Positions 18,123-28,872 of a stretch of 64,000 bases of DNA are shown one piece after another (positions within the stretch are counted from its first letter, which is position 1; each line of letters starts with the position of its first letter). The stretch is from Calditrichia bacterium. Lineage in GTDB: Bacteria > Calditrichota > Calditrichia > JAJRVZ01. The position numbers and the translations under genes are program-made. The notes below the pieces were generated by a model, which saw only the letters and a list, made by a program, of their open reading frames with translations, did no database searches and was not told the DNA's origin. The stretch is from positions 256,001-320,000 of the forward strand of contig CAWCNS010000006.1 in the NCBI GenBank assembly GCA_963796965.1, written 5' to 3'.

Positions 18123-19133
18123 TTAAGAATATTTTATGCCTTCCAAGACCAGGCTATTCTCCGTTATCTTTCTCTTTTTCCCTAAGGTGAACCCTACTTC
18201 TTGTAAAATTGAATTAAGTTGACTGGGCATATAACATTTGCCGCCTTCAGTTGAAAGTAACATATGCAAGGAAAATATGGCACTGAATTCTGGTCCGGCT
18301 CCCCTATCGTTAAGATAAAAATCTTTTATGAGAATCCTGCCTCCCCGATTTAGAGCCGAATAACACTTCTTAAAAATCAGTTTTGTGTCAAAGATATCAA
18401 AAATGTGAATAACATTGGATATGAATATAACATCATAAGATTTCCCATACTCTGACTCGAATAAATCTCCGCTGATAAATGACATTCTATTATATGCTTT
18501 ATGTTCAGCCAGATGGGTTTTTGCAAATTTTATTGTTTCCGGTAGATCCAATAATGTTATTTTTATATTTGGATATTTTTCACAGAATGACATCATATAA
18601 ATTCCTGGACCACCAGCCAAATCCAGGATATGCTCATCCCCACGAAGTTTAATTTTTTCAAGAACAACAGGGGCTGATTTTCGGCCAACATTTGACATTG
18701 CAGCAATAAAACGCTTTGTATCTTGTAGTTTTCTCACCTTCCCGGTCTTTTTCACTGGTTTACCAGACTTAATACTCTCAGTCAGACGCAACCATCTATG
18801 TTGCAAATGAATCTCATGCTTTATTAATCCTCCGATGTTATTATCTGTGTTGGGAGTAAAGAGAGGTTTATATTCAGCAGATAATTGATAGAATTCCATC
18901 TGCCTCTTTATTATACCAAATGACATGAGAGCAGAAAGGATTCTTTCAACTCCCGTATTGGAAAGATTTAAATTAGTGGCAATCTCACTTATTGATGAGT
19001 TGTTTTCGCTTAAGTATTCTAGAATGCCTGTTTCAAAAGCAGAAAATAAAATGTTTGTTTTTCTATGGGCCCGCATAATTTGATCTATATCATCATATGC
19101 AGACAAGGATTTATCTCTATTTATTTTAAACAT
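18123..19133 (-). CDS. SAM-dependent O-methyltransferase family 2 with dimerisation domain
   Basis: N-terminal winged helix; LDLAGGPG, DLPET, GDLF, SNVIH. Confidence 0.88.
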   Translation of the reverse strand: MFKINRDKSLSAYDDIDQIMRAHRKTNILFSAFETGILEYLSENNSSISEIATNLNLSNTGVERILSALMSFGIIKRQMEFYQLSAEYKPLFTPNTDNNIGGLIKHEIHLQHRWLRLTESIKSGKPVKKTGKVRKLQDTKRFIAAMSNVGRKSAPVVLEKIKLRGDEHILDLAGGPGIYMMSFCEKYPNIKITLLDLPETIKFAKTHLAEHKAYNRMSFISGDLFESEYGKSYDVIFISNVIHIFDIFDTKLIFKKCYSALNRGGRILIKDFYLNDRGAGPEFSAIFSLHMLLSTEGGKCYMPSQLNSILQEVGFTLGKKRKITENSLVLEGIKYS

Positions 19134-19179
19134 CTGTAAGAATTATAATGTTTCCTCACTGTGAAAAATTGTGATAGAT

Positions 19180-19914
19180 TTATAGTTGTTGTGTTGCCAA
19201 AGCAGCTCCAATAATTCCTGCTTCATTTAATAATTGGGCTGGTTTCAGTTCGACATTTGAACTCAAATAATGAAAAAATTTCTCTTGCTTTTTACTGGCC
19301 CCACCCCCGATGATGATTAAATCTGGCCAGAATAATTGCTCGATCTCGTAGAGATATTTATTGAATCGTTTACTCCATTTTTTCCAAGATAAATTTTCAT
19401 TTTTCCGTACGGCATCTGAGGCATAATGTTCAGCTATTACGTCATCCATAACCAAATGGCCAAGTTCCATGTTCGGGAAGAGATGACCTTTACTAAAAGC
19501 AGCTGTCCCCAGACCCGTCCCAATAGTAATGACGAACACAACTCCCTCGTTATTTTTGCCGGCCCCAAATTTCATTTCTGCCAAACCAGCAGCATCAGCA
19601 TCATTGAGAACAACAGTCGGACAACCAGATGCCTCACTAAAAAGCGCAGAAGCTACCGTTCCGATCCACTTCTCATCAATATTTGAAGCCGTTCGGACTC
19701 TCCCCTTGCTTATTGCAGCAGGGAAGCCACAACCAACTGGTCCGGACCATTTAAAATGATTGATAAGTTTAACGACAGTTTCGGTTACTGATTTCGGGGT
19801 TGCTGGCATTGGGGTTGGAATCCTATGTCGTGCTGCTGTTAATTCTCCGGTTTTAATATTTACCAGAGCCCCTTTTATTCCCGAACCACCAATATCCACT
19901 CCAAGTATTTCCAT
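19180..19914 (-). CDS. ppgK: Polyphosphate/ATP glucokinase (ROK family)
   Basis: [45 protein letters not shown]. Confidence 0.9.
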   Translation of the reverse strand: MEILGVDIGGSGIKGALVNIKTGELTAARHRIPTPMPATPKSVTETVVKLINHFKWSGPVGCGFPAAISKGRVRTASNIDEKWIGTVASALFSEASGCPTVVLNDADAAGLAEMKFGAGKNNEGVVFVITIGTGLGTAAFSKGHLFPNMELGHLVMDDVIAEHYASDAVRKNENLSWKKWSKRFNKYLYEIEQLFWPDLIIIGGGASKKQEKFFHYLSSNVELKPAQLLNEAGIIGAALATQQL

Positions 19915-20225
19915 ATTATTCCCTATTTCCAGTTTTAGGATATATTGTGTTTAGTATATACAGTACTAAGAATTTTCAATTATTTCAAGCAGAGGTATGT
20001 TAAATTTTAATATATCAGACCTACGAGAAACAGTGATCTTTCTTCTGTTTCTTATCAGAGAGAGATTAAATATGAAGTTCGATCAGGAACGATGGATAAT
20101 TTCTGGCAAAGATTCTAAACCAGACACCCAATAATGACGGGTTATAATGTGACCAATCCGGTCACGAGTGAACAAAAGTTGAAACTTATAATTCTTTAAA
20201 TAATAGGAAAAACGTGCTTAAAAAA

Positions 20226-22649
20226 TTAGGCGATTTTTATTACAACGACGGTCATGTCATCATGTTGGGGCATATCCTTACTAAAATTCTGGACTGCAGT
20301 CACCAGGATATTTATAAGATCCTGAGCCTTTTTATTGCGATTTTCAGAAATCAGTTTGATAAATCGCTCCTCACCAAATTCATTCCTTTGTGGATTCATA
20401 GCTTCAGTAAAACCATCAGTATAGAAGACCAAAGTATCGCCAGAAGCCAGATGAATGGTATGTTCTTTTAATGTTTGATTAAAAACGGCTCCTTCTTCAA
20501 GACCTAAAGCGATTCCATCGGTATTTAATTCCTGATTACTTCCATCTTTTTGATTTATCATTATCCCTGGATTATGCCCAGCCCGGGCAAATGTTAGGGT
20601 TTTTTCATTAATATCCAAAACAGCATAGAACATCGATACAAATGAATTTTTTTCGATATTCCTATAAAGCAATTTATTTACCTTATTTAGTACAAGACGG
20701 GGTGAAATTGTATCATCCGCATGGCTTTGTAAAAGACCCTTCGTTAATGTCATATAGATTGCCGCAGGAACACCTTTTCCTGATACATCACCTATTGCGA
20801 TTCCAAGTTTTTTGGGCCCTAACGTTACAAAATCAAAGTAATCACCACCAACTTCTTCGGCTGGTAAACAGGCTCCACTTATATCAAATCCAGTAAGAAC
20901 AGGGTTTTGTTTGGGTAATAAACCCATTTGTACATTGCGGGCAATCTCTAGTTCTTTTTTCATCCTCTCCCGTTCGCTTATTCTCCTAATATGGGTCGGT
21001 AATCCTTCATAACTATATTTAAATTGGTCCTTTTTAAAGGAGCTGAGGATTATTTGGAAAACAGGTACGGCAAAAAACAAAATTAGTAGATATAAAGAGA
21101 TTTTATGCCAGTCATTATCCGTCGAAATAAGCGGCATGGAATGAAGAACTAAATTAGCGGCTGCCGTTGCGGCAATTAGAGTAAGTAAATCAAATTTAAA
21201 GTAGAGCCATGCAAAAACAAGTCCCATCATAAAAGCAATAGCTAAATTTAGTGGAATTGATGAAAACAGTAAATAGTCAGAAAATATAGTATAACCAATT
21301 GGCCAGAGAATTGCTGAAACTAGTATCGCTAACCATTTTTTTGAAAATCGATAATATACAACATTAATAACAAAAAACCTGAAGACAATCTCACAGATTA
21401 AAGCCGTCATGATAGATATGATAACCATAGAAACAACAGGGATGAAGTATTGAAAAGTACCGGAAAAAGGAACGGATATTTGGACAATGTCCTTACCCTG
21501 TCCTGTGACATACGCATTAATACCAAGGAAAAACGTAGCAACTGCGAAGCCTATTGCCCCCCCTCTCAGAAGAGATATCCCGGTAGAAGTCGTAAACCAT
21601 CTATTATTTAAAACACTATCAATCGAATTCATCTTTTCTGGCCAGTGACTTCTGGCATACGCCTCTCCAACTGCCCAACTTGTTAACAACAGAATACCAA
21701 TGAATACATTTTTAAGTAAAACTTCATAGACGAAAATGATGATTTGTACATTGATGGCACTCAAATTTCCGATATGAACAGTATTTCCAGCTACCGGAAA
21801 TTCATTAATACTTCGTAGAAGTCCTATTACAAATACGACAATAAACAGGTTACGGCCTAGATTTATAGAAACTTCACCCTCATGATATTTCTTTAAAAAA
21901 AGAATCATTGTAAAGATAAAAATCAATACCAGTCCAATAAATTGAACCATAAAGAGGAATGTGCCTTGCGTCGTTTCTTCGCTTAAAATTCTTTGTTCAG
22001 ACTCAGGTAAATGAAAGAGATATTCGAAACCACCAATTACATTACCCTGAACAAATACCCTGATTACGAAATCCCCCGGTGCAAAATTAGCCGGTTTTTC
22101 CCAAATGAAAGTATAGTCTATACGGTTTGAACGTTTAAATTGCTGAGATCGCCTGAGAATATAATTGTTCAATGGCGTGTCTATGCGATCCGTTAGATAA
22201 ATCTGTGCAAGTCGGGAGGCTTGGTCCTCTGATAATGATTCAATAGTCAATGTATCTGGTAAGATTCGTTGATATCCAACAATTTTACCCTGGGGAGAAA
22301 TGGATACGTAATATTGTGTTTGTGGTTGATCCCTGGGAATATTTTTTATAAATCTTACTTGCCAACGAATATTGGGTAAAATATCTCCACGGACAAGTTC
22401 ATTATATTCAGCTATATCCATTTCACTTTTTAGATATGATAACAGATAGTTAGCAGGATTTCTTGTTGTGGTTGAAAAATAGTCATCAACATTAAACCCG
22501 GTTTCCTTGAGAAATGATGTTGCTTTTTCTTTAGCCTCAACGCGATCTAAAGACTCCGTGACATTTACTCCAATATTTTGTGGGATCCAATATATAATAA
22601 GTACTGAGGCCACTAGGATGACCACCCACCACTTTAAGTGCTTAAGCAT
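20226..22649 (-). CDS. Multi-TM sensor with C-terminal PP2C/SpoIIE (RsbU-type) phosphatase
   Basis: ELEIARNVQ, VGGDYFD, IGDVSGKG, RAGHNP, YTDGFTE, QHDDMT; periplasmic N-domain and about 9-10 TM. Confidence 0.9.
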   Translation of the reverse strand: MLKHLKWWVVILVASVLIIYWIPQNIGVNVTESLDRVEAKEKATSFLKETGFNVDDYFSTTTRNPANYLLSYLKSEMDIAEYNELVRGDILPNIRWQVRFIKNIPRDQPQTQYYVSISPQGKIVGYQRILPDTLTIESLSEDQASRLAQIYLTDRIDTPLNNYILRRSQQFKRSNRIDYTFIWEKPANFAPGDFVIRVFVQGNVIGGFEYLFHLPESEQRILSEETTQGTFLFMVQFIGLVLIFIFTMILFLKKYHEGEVSINLGRNLFIVVFVIGLLRSINEFPVAGNTVHIGNLSAINVQIIIFVYEVLLKNVFIGILLLTSWAVGEAYARSHWPEKMNSIDSVLNNRWFTTSTGISLLRGGAIGFAVATFFLGINAYVTGQGKDIVQISVPFSGTFQYFIPVVSMVIISIMTALICEIVFRFFVINVVYYRFSKKWLAILVSAILWPIGYTIFSDYLLFSSIPLNLAIAFMMGLVFAWLYFKFDLLTLIAATAAANLVLHSMPLISTDNDWHKISLYLLILFFAVPVFQIILSSFKKDQFKYSYEGLPTHIRRISERERMKKELEIARNVQMGLLPKQNPVLTGFDISGACLPAEEVGGDYFDFVTLGPKKLGIAIGDVSGKGVPAAIYMTLTKGLLQSHADDTISPRLVLNKVNKLLYRNIEKNSFVSMFYAVLDINEKTLTFARAGHNPGIMINQKDGSNQELNTDGIALGLEEGAVFNQTLKEHTIHLASGDTLVFYTDGFTEAMNPQRNEFGEERFIKLISENRNKKAQDLINILVTAVQNFSKDMPQHDDMTVVVIKIA

Positions 22650-23035
22650 GAATACTCCTGCATTTCCACCATATAATTTCTTTTAGAATAGACATAAATA
22701 TACCTTTTAAATTCAATTTCTTGCTACTTTTATTTCAATTTGAGTAACATAACTATACTTTAGCCTATTTCAATTATTTTATAAACGAGAATATTAAGAA
22801 AAGGTTGTCTAGAAAAGATATACATCCAGGGATATCTCACCTCTTCTGATATATGTTGGTCTTTGAGATATTTTATAATCTAAAAATCACAGAAAGCGAC
22901 ACGCCCAAAATATAAGGTATTTATAATTGCATTTTAGAGCGGTCCAGCTTACCCACCTATGATATATTATATAACAAAAATTAGTTAAATGAATCTTTTG
23001 AATTAAATAGCCAAAAAGGATACATTGCTCTATAT

Positions 23036-23075
23036 AAGTTCGTTAAATTCATCTAAATCTCGTGAAAGTTCGTGG
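23036..23075. repeat. Degenerate 9-11 bp (AAATTCGTG-like) tandem repeat
   Basis: aagttcgtt aaattcatc taaatctcgtg aaagttcgtgg; resembles 63352-63390. Confidence 0.45.
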
Positions 23076-23092
23076 AAAAATGGGAGGGTAAT

Positions 23093-25118
23093 ATGCATCT
23101 GTTTCTTAATATATCATTAATAATGATTTTTTCATTTTCAGGTAATTTAATAGCCAGCAACTCAATCTCATTCGAAGATTTTTTTACCGTAGACCGTTTG
23201 GGATCTCCAGTTGTTTCAACAGATGGAAAACACATTGCTTTTACTGTAAAAAGAGCTAACATCTCCGAAAACAGCTATTCAACTCAGATCTGGCTGATGG
23301 ACAGCAATGGTTCTAATATTAGACAATTTACTTCTCAGACTTTCTCAAGCACTAATCCTGTCTTTTCAAACGACAACCAATCTGTTTATTTTCTGACGAA
23401 TCGCTCTGGAAACACACAGATATGGAAGAAATCTCTTTCGGGTGGAGAGGCGATACAAGTAACAGACATATATGGTGATCTTGGTGGATTTACTTTTGCT
23501 CCATCAAATGATCAAATGGTAGTTGTTCGTAAAGTTCCACCGGATTGTGTAACGGAAGACTGTATTAAGGATGCCAGTGAGGCAAAGGAGAAAAGTAACG
23601 TTAGGGCCCGGGTTATTGATCATCTCATGTATCGCCATTGGAATGAATGGCTTGAAGGAAAATATTCTCATTTGTTTTTGGTCTCAGCTGAATAATAAAA
23701 CAATAAAAGATCTTACACCGGGTGAATTTCATACTCCAACCATTGCCCTGGGTAGTAGCCATGATTATTGTTTCTCTCCCGACGGCAAAGAAATTGCCTA
23801 TGTTACAAATAAAAAAATCAATTTAGCAACCGGTACAAACAATGATATTTATTTACAGAAAACAATTGGCGGAGAGCCCATTAAGATAAGTCTCAGCCTT
23901 GGGAATGACAATAACATTCAATATTCCCCCGACGGTAAATATATTGCTTATTTGTCAATGGAGAGAGCTGGATTTGAAGCAGATCGGCAGCGGATAATGA
24001 TCTATGACCACAATACAAAAAAAACAAATGAATTAACTGCCGGATTTACTCTCTCGGTCACGGATCTTCGCTGGACACCGGGAGGCCAGGAAATATATTT
24101 TACAACAGAAGAGGCCGGATATAACTCAATATACAAGGTGTCACTGTCTTCAAAAAGAATCGAATCCATATTGATCGGCCATGATATTAAAGGAATTCAA
24201 TTCATTAATGAAAATCAACTGGTATTTATCAAACAAACCGTGCAAATGCCTTATGAAATTTATTTGTACTCTATAAATAATGGAAAGTTAACCCCATTAA
24301 CCCATTTTAATGATAAAATATTAGCAAAATTTGATTTACCTCCTGCACAAGAATTTTGGTTCATCGGCGCAAATGGTGACAGTGTACAGGGATTTATCAT
24401 GAAACCACCTAATTATCAGAAAGGAAATAAATACCCCGCTGTACATATGATCCATGGCGGTCCTCAGGGTATGTGGAGTGATGAATGGCATTTTCGCTGG
24501 AATTACCAGATGTTTGCTGCACCCGGATACGCTGTATTCTTTATTAATTTCCATGGCAGCCGCGGATATGGACAAAAATTTACGGATAGCATTTCTCAAC
24601 ATTGGGGGGATTTGCCATATGAGGATTTGGTTAAAGGAACCGACTATGTTTTAAAAAACTATGATTTTGTTGATCCGGATCGTCTTGCTGCAGCGGGAGC
24701 TTCCTACGGGGGATTCATGGTTAACTGGATTGCCGGGCATGACAATCCCTACAAATGTCTGGTATCCCATGATGGCAGTTACGACCAGAAAAGCATGTGG
24801 GGGGAGACTGAGGAGTTATGGTTTCCTGAGTGGGAGATGGGTGGCTTACCCTGGGATAAAGGTACAACTTATGATAAGTGGTCACCGGCCCGTCTGGCCG
24901 CAAATTTTAAAACACCCATGTTAGTTATCCATGGCGAACACGATTATCGATTGGCCTATACACAAAGTTTACAATTATTCACCGCTCTCCAACGCCAAGG
25001 CGTACCTTCGCGCTTATTATTCTTCCCTGATGAAGATCATTTCGTTCGAAAGCCCTTAAACGCAGAACTTTGGTGGAAAACTGTACATGGCTGGTTGGAA
25101 AAATATTTGAAGAATTAA
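23093..25118 (+). CDS. Secreted S9 family peptidase (beta-propeller plus alpha/beta hydrolase), frameshifted near 23690
   Basis: SPDG repeats, IHGGPQ, nucleophile GASYGG, HGEHDYR, FPDEDH; signal peptide; ATG after GGGAGG. Confidence 0.92.
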
Positions 25119-25122
25119 ACCG

Positions 25123-25159
25123 TTTAATCAGGGTTTGTCATCAGCAAACCCTGATTAAA
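25123..25159. terminator. Intrinsic terminator-like hairpin after the peptidase
   Basis: Perfect 15-bp IR TTTAATCAGGGTTTG / CAAACCCTGATTAAA. Confidence 0.7.
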
Positions 25160-25355
25160 TATTTCCCATACTTTACACGTAACTCGCTTTTTCTCCTTGT
25201 TCCTTTAGAGCGCCACAAACTTTTGCTTTTAATTCTAGACATTCCTTCTTGTCATTAATACTTAATGAAAGTTTTGTATCATATTAATGTAATTTGTATA
25301 ATAAATTATTAATTACAAATGGTCTTGAATATATCAACACCCGGAGGATCAGCAT

Positions 25356-26234
25356 ATGAAAAAGTTTACCCGACGCGATTTTATTAAAACTTCCGTCGCA
25401 GGTACCCTCGCTGCTGGAACTGGTTTAATGTGTGAGCCTGCTAAAAAAAATAAACTGGGATTGATAAAACTTGGTAATTCAGGTGTTTCCGTTTCACGAA
25501 TCGCATTTGGTACGGGTACACGTGGTTGGGAGAAAGTATCCGATCAAACCAAATTGGGTATGAAGAAATTTCTTGAACTCGCCGAATATGTTTATGATAA
25601 GGGTATTATCTTTTTTGATGTCGCCGATATTTACGGATCTCACACTTATTTGCGTGAGGTATTAAAAATAATTCCCCGGGACAAAGTGGTTATTATGTCC
25701 AAGATCTGGACTCAGAAATTAGAGTGGATGGAAATTGAGAGTGTACCTAAGGCTTTGGATAGATTTCGAAATGAAATAGGAACAGACTATCTTGATATAG
25801 CTCTCCTTCATTGCAGGGTCTCGCCCAACTGGTTGGAAGAAGATAAAGAGTGGCGTGATGATCTTTCTGAGGCCAAGCAAAAGGGCATAATCAAAACCCA
25901 TGGTGTATCCTGCCATAATCTCGAAGCCCTAAGGGCTTCTGCAGCTAGCAATTGGGTTGAAGTATTGTTGGCCCGCATTAATAATAACGGGGAACGAATG
26001 GATGGCTCTCCAGAAGAGGTTATGCCCGTGTTAAAACAGGCACACGACCGTGGTGCCGGTGTTATTGGTATGAAAATATTTGGATGTGGGAAATTGGTCC
26101 AAGATAACGAGCGACAAAAATCATTAGAATATGTTTGGGGGAGTGGCAATGTTGATTCAATGACCATCGGTATTGAAAATAAGACTCAGGTTGATGACAA
26201 TCTTGCCCGAATTGCTAAAATCCTGCAGGTTTAG
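25356..26234 (+). CDS. Aldo/keto reductase with Tat signal peptide
   Basis: TRRDFIK Tat motif; LGNSGVSVSRIAFGT, FFDVADIYG, GTDYLDIALLH. Confidence 0.9.
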   Translation: MKKFTRRDFIKTSVAGTLAAGTGLMCEPAKKNKLGLIKLGNSGVSVSRIAFGTGTRGWEKVSDQTKLGMKKFLELAEYVYDKGIIFFDVADIYGSHTYLREVLKIIPRDKVVIMSKIWTQKLEWMEIESVPKALDRFRNEIGTDYLDIALLHCRVSPNWLEEDKEWRDDLSEAKQKGIIKTHGVSCHNLEALRASAASNWVEVLLARINNNGERMDGSPEEVMPVLKQAHDRGAGVIGMKIFGCGKLVQDNERQKSLEYVWGSGNVDSMTIGIENKTQVDDNLARIAKILQV

Positions 26235-26384
26235 CAAACGTCGGATTTCATCGAAGACGGGATACAGGATTGACAGTATTAATAGAATTTTAAAAATAAC
26301 TTCATTCTTTTCAAAATAGGTTTTTCCCTTTTTAATATTTATCATATTTTTTCGATTCAAGCAGATACAAATATTATACCAAAT

Positions 26385-26415
26385 AAAAAAGCCAGCTCAT
26401 AAAAAGCTGGCTTTT
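26385..26415 (-). terminator. Bidirectional terminator ending the tRNA operon
   Basis: AAAAAAGCCAGCT-cataaaa-AGCTGGCTTTT. Confidence 0.8.
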
Positions 26416-26418
26416 AAG

Positions 26419-26494
26419 TGGCGCTCCCAAGGGGACTCGAACCCCTGTTGCCGGCGTGAAAGGCCGGAGTCCTAGGCCACTAGACGATGGGAGC
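26419..26494 (-). tRNA. tRNA-Glu(TTC)
   Basis: Cloverleaf GCTCCCA...; anticodon arm CCGGC-CT-TTC-AC-GCCGG; GGTTCGAGTCC; CCA encoded. Confidence 0.97.
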
Positions 26495-26544
26495 TTTTAT
26501 AAGAAAAAAGAACTCTCTGTCTTGAATTAAGTTGCGTACTAGAT

Positions 26545-26593
26545 TTTTGTCCTCACTCTGTTTTCCTTTGTCTTTTGTCTTATATCTTAGACT
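26545..26593. repeat. Period-7 degenerate microrepeat in the His-Glu tRNA spacer
   Basis: ttttgtc ctcactc tgttttc ctttgtc ttttgtc ttatatc ttagact. Confidence 0.55.
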
Positions 26594-26670
26594 GGGGTGA
26601 GTGATGGGAATTGAACCCACGACCTCCTGGGCCACAACCAGGCGCTCTAACCAACTGAGCTACACCCACC
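26593..26670 (-). tRNA. tRNA-His(GTG)
   Basis: G-1 present; anticodon arm CCTGG-TT-GTG-GC-CCAGG; CCA encoded. Confidence 0.97.
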
Positions 26671-26684
26671 ATATACTCATTCTG

Positions 26685-26758
26685 TACGCCCTGGAGGATT
26701 CGAACCTCCGACCTACTGCTTAGAAGGCAGTTGCTCTATCCAGCTGAGCTAAGGGCGC
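26685..26758 (-). tRNA. tRNA-Arg(TCT)
   Basis: Anticodon arm ACTGC-CT-TCT-AA-GCAGT; GGTTCGAATCC; CCA not encoded. Confidence 0.97.
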
Positions 26759-26765
26759 AACTATG

Positions 26766-26840
26766 TCGGGGCGAGAGGATTTGAACCTCCGACCCCCTGC
26801 TCCCAAGGCAGGTGCGCTAACCAGACTGCGCTACGCCCCG
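26766..26840 (-). tRNA. tRNA-Pro(TGG)
   Basis: CGGGGCGTAGCGCAG; anticodon arm CCTGC-CT-TGG-GA-GCAGG; CCA not encoded. Confidence 0.97.
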
Positions 26841-26876
26841 CACCCTTAAATTCGATATAAAATTATCGAGCCTCTA

Positions 26877-26905
26877 AATTTAAAACCATAAATAGACACT
26901 GTCAA
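26877..26905 (-). promoter_or_regulatory. Sigma70 promoter of the tRNA operon
   Basis: TTGACA-N17-TAAATT. Confidence 0.7.
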
Positions 26906-27518
26906 GAGCTTTTCAAGATGATTGTATCTAATTTTTTCTTTAACTGAGCCAAAGCTTGGACCGATGGCTTATTTTATTCTTTTCTTTTGCGGGTAATTCT
27001 GCGAAAGTTTTGTCCTTTGGCGGGTACAAAAACAGAGGATCATAGCCAAAACCTTTTTCACCACGTGATTGTCTGAGAATCATACCATCTACTTTACCCT
27101 CTGCCGACACCAGATCCTTGCCGTCATAGTATACGACGACACAAATAAAGTAAGCATAGCGGTCCTTGCCTTCCAAATCTGCCATGTTTCTTAGTAGCAG
27201 GGAATTGTTTTCTTGATAGTTTGCTTCCTCTCCGGCGTACCGGGATGAATAAATACCGGGGTCATTATTCAAGGCCGGAACAACCAAGCCTGAGTCATCA
27301 GCCACTGCAGGAATATTGAGATGCTCATAGTAATGCCTGGCCTTAATTATTGCATTTTCCAGAAAAGTTGAACCTGTTTCAACTGCCTCTGGTAAACCTT
27401 TATGATTTGTCAGAGAGGAAAAAGTGCAATTCTTGTAGGTAAAAATCTTTTCGATTTCCTCCGTTTTATGTTTATTTGTCGTTGCTATTAATATTTCCAA
27501 AAGGGTACCTTTGTTCAT
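26902..27518 (-). CDS. rdgB: Non-canonical purine NTP pyrophosphatase (HAM1/RdgB); last codons frameshifted
   Basis: ATTNKHK, ETGSTFLENA, ADDSGL, PGIYSSRYAG, GFGYDPLF, KNKISHR. Confidence 0.95.
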
Positions 27519-27747
27519 TAAGTAGTAATATTATGAAACATTTACCTCATTTTTATGGTTATATTTGATTAAACGAAATAAATTAAAAGTACTTGATTTA
27601 AAACACATTATCAATTCTGGACATTGGCCATATTATTTATGAGAGCCGGTTAATAATGATATTTATACGTTGATTGGTATACTTCGTAACTAATGTGATT
27701 TTAAATTAATAAAGAGTAAAATCATAAAAAAGACAAATGGATTTAAT

Positions 27748-28836
27748 ATGACTTTTAGAAAATCACCTTTACTCATATGGCTTCTTGCTTTATTTGTTCT
27801 TGTCCTAATCTTCCAGGAGATCCGCTTTTCTTGGGATAAAAAATATCAGGAGGCAATACAGACTAAAATCCTGGGTGAAGTTGATCAGCTAGAGGAGCAA
27901 ATAATTTATCTGGAAAGTGCTCTCGATCAAAGTTTCGTTAATGCTCAAAAAATACCCCATCCATTAACATTTTGCGGTGATACGATAGATCTGGACAACC
28001 GATTTATTCGTGAGCGTGTTGAACGGGAATTTTACAGTTTGTTAGGTAATCAGGGCCAGCTGCAGCTATACATGAAAAGAACAAAAAGATACCTTCCATT
28101 ATTCGAGAAACATCTTAAAGAAGCTGGAATGCCAGATGATCTGAAATATTTGGCTGTCCATGAAAGTGCTCTTATACCAAAAATCAGATCCCGGTCCAGA
28201 GCTGTCGGATTATGGCAATTTATGTATGCTACCGGGCGACTGTACAAACTAAAAATCGATCGTTACATTGATGAGCGCCAAGATCCGGAAAAAGCAACAA
28301 AGGCTGCGATTCGCTTTTTAAGGGATTTATATAAAAAATTTGGAAGCTGGCCTCTCGTATTAGCAGGATATAATGGAGGACAGGGTCGTATTCATCGCAG
28401 TGTAAGAGATCAGAAATCTAAAAATCTGATAGATCTTTCTCTTCCGGAAGAAACTGAACGTTATTTTTTTAAAGTTTTAGCCACAAAAATTATTTTATCT
28501 CAGCCAGAATCTTTTGGATTTAAGTTTGAAGATGATGATTATTTTGATCCTCTTTCGACCATTAAGATAGATTTCAGAGTCACAAAAAGCAAAATCTCAC
28601 TTGAAGAACTTTCCAAATTATTTGAGATGCGTATCGTTGCATTAAAGGAATATAATCCACACATAAGAAATACTTACTTGCCAACAGGTTTATACACATT
28701 TAATCTACCCCAAGAAAATTATGCCATTTATATGGAGAAAAAAGAGTCAAAGAAAATAAATCCGGTAACCGAAAAAGAAAATGCACCAAGTTTTGAAGGT
28801 GCTACAACAGAGGTGATTATACCTGCATTAAAATAA
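27748..28836 (+). CDS. Membrane-anchored lytic transglycosylase (MltD-like SLT domain)
   Basis: LAVHES, AVGLWQFM, IDERQDPEKAT, LAGYNGG, LPEETERY. Confidence 0.92.
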   Translation: MTFRKSPLLIWLLALFVLVLIFQEIRFSWDKKYQEAIQTKILGEVDQLEEQIIYLESALDQSFVNAQKIPHPLTFCGDTIDLDNRFIRERVEREFYSLLGNQGQLQLYMKRTKRYLPLFEKHLKEAGMPDDLKYLAVHESALIPKIRSRSRAVGLWQFMYATGRLYKLKIDRYIDERQDPEKATKAAIRFLRDLYKKFGSWPLVLAGYNGGQGRIHRSVRDQKSKNLIDLSLPEETERYFFKVLATKIILSQPESFGFKFEDDDYFDPLSTIKIDFRVTKSKISLEELSKLFEMRIVALKEYNPHIRNTYLPTGLYTFNLPQENYAIYMEKKESKKINPVTEKENAPSFEGATTEVIIPALK

Positions 28837-28872
28837 AGGGGAGTAAATCTAGGTGGGAGGATTTCCACAATC

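Noticed and set aside
22650..23035. Long divergent intergenic region as an ncRNA
   Set aside because: Only one weak stem (GATATCTCA/TGAGATATT) and no recognisable motif; consistent with divergent promoters
23690..23700. Stop-codon readthrough, selenocysteine or alternative genetic code explaining split genes
   Set aside because: The breaks I traced change reading frame rather than being in-frame stops, and all three stop codons end intact genes
26234..26940. tRNA cluster as an island integration site
   Set aside because: No integrase and no duplicated tRNA 3' end seen in the window; flanks are housekeeping genes
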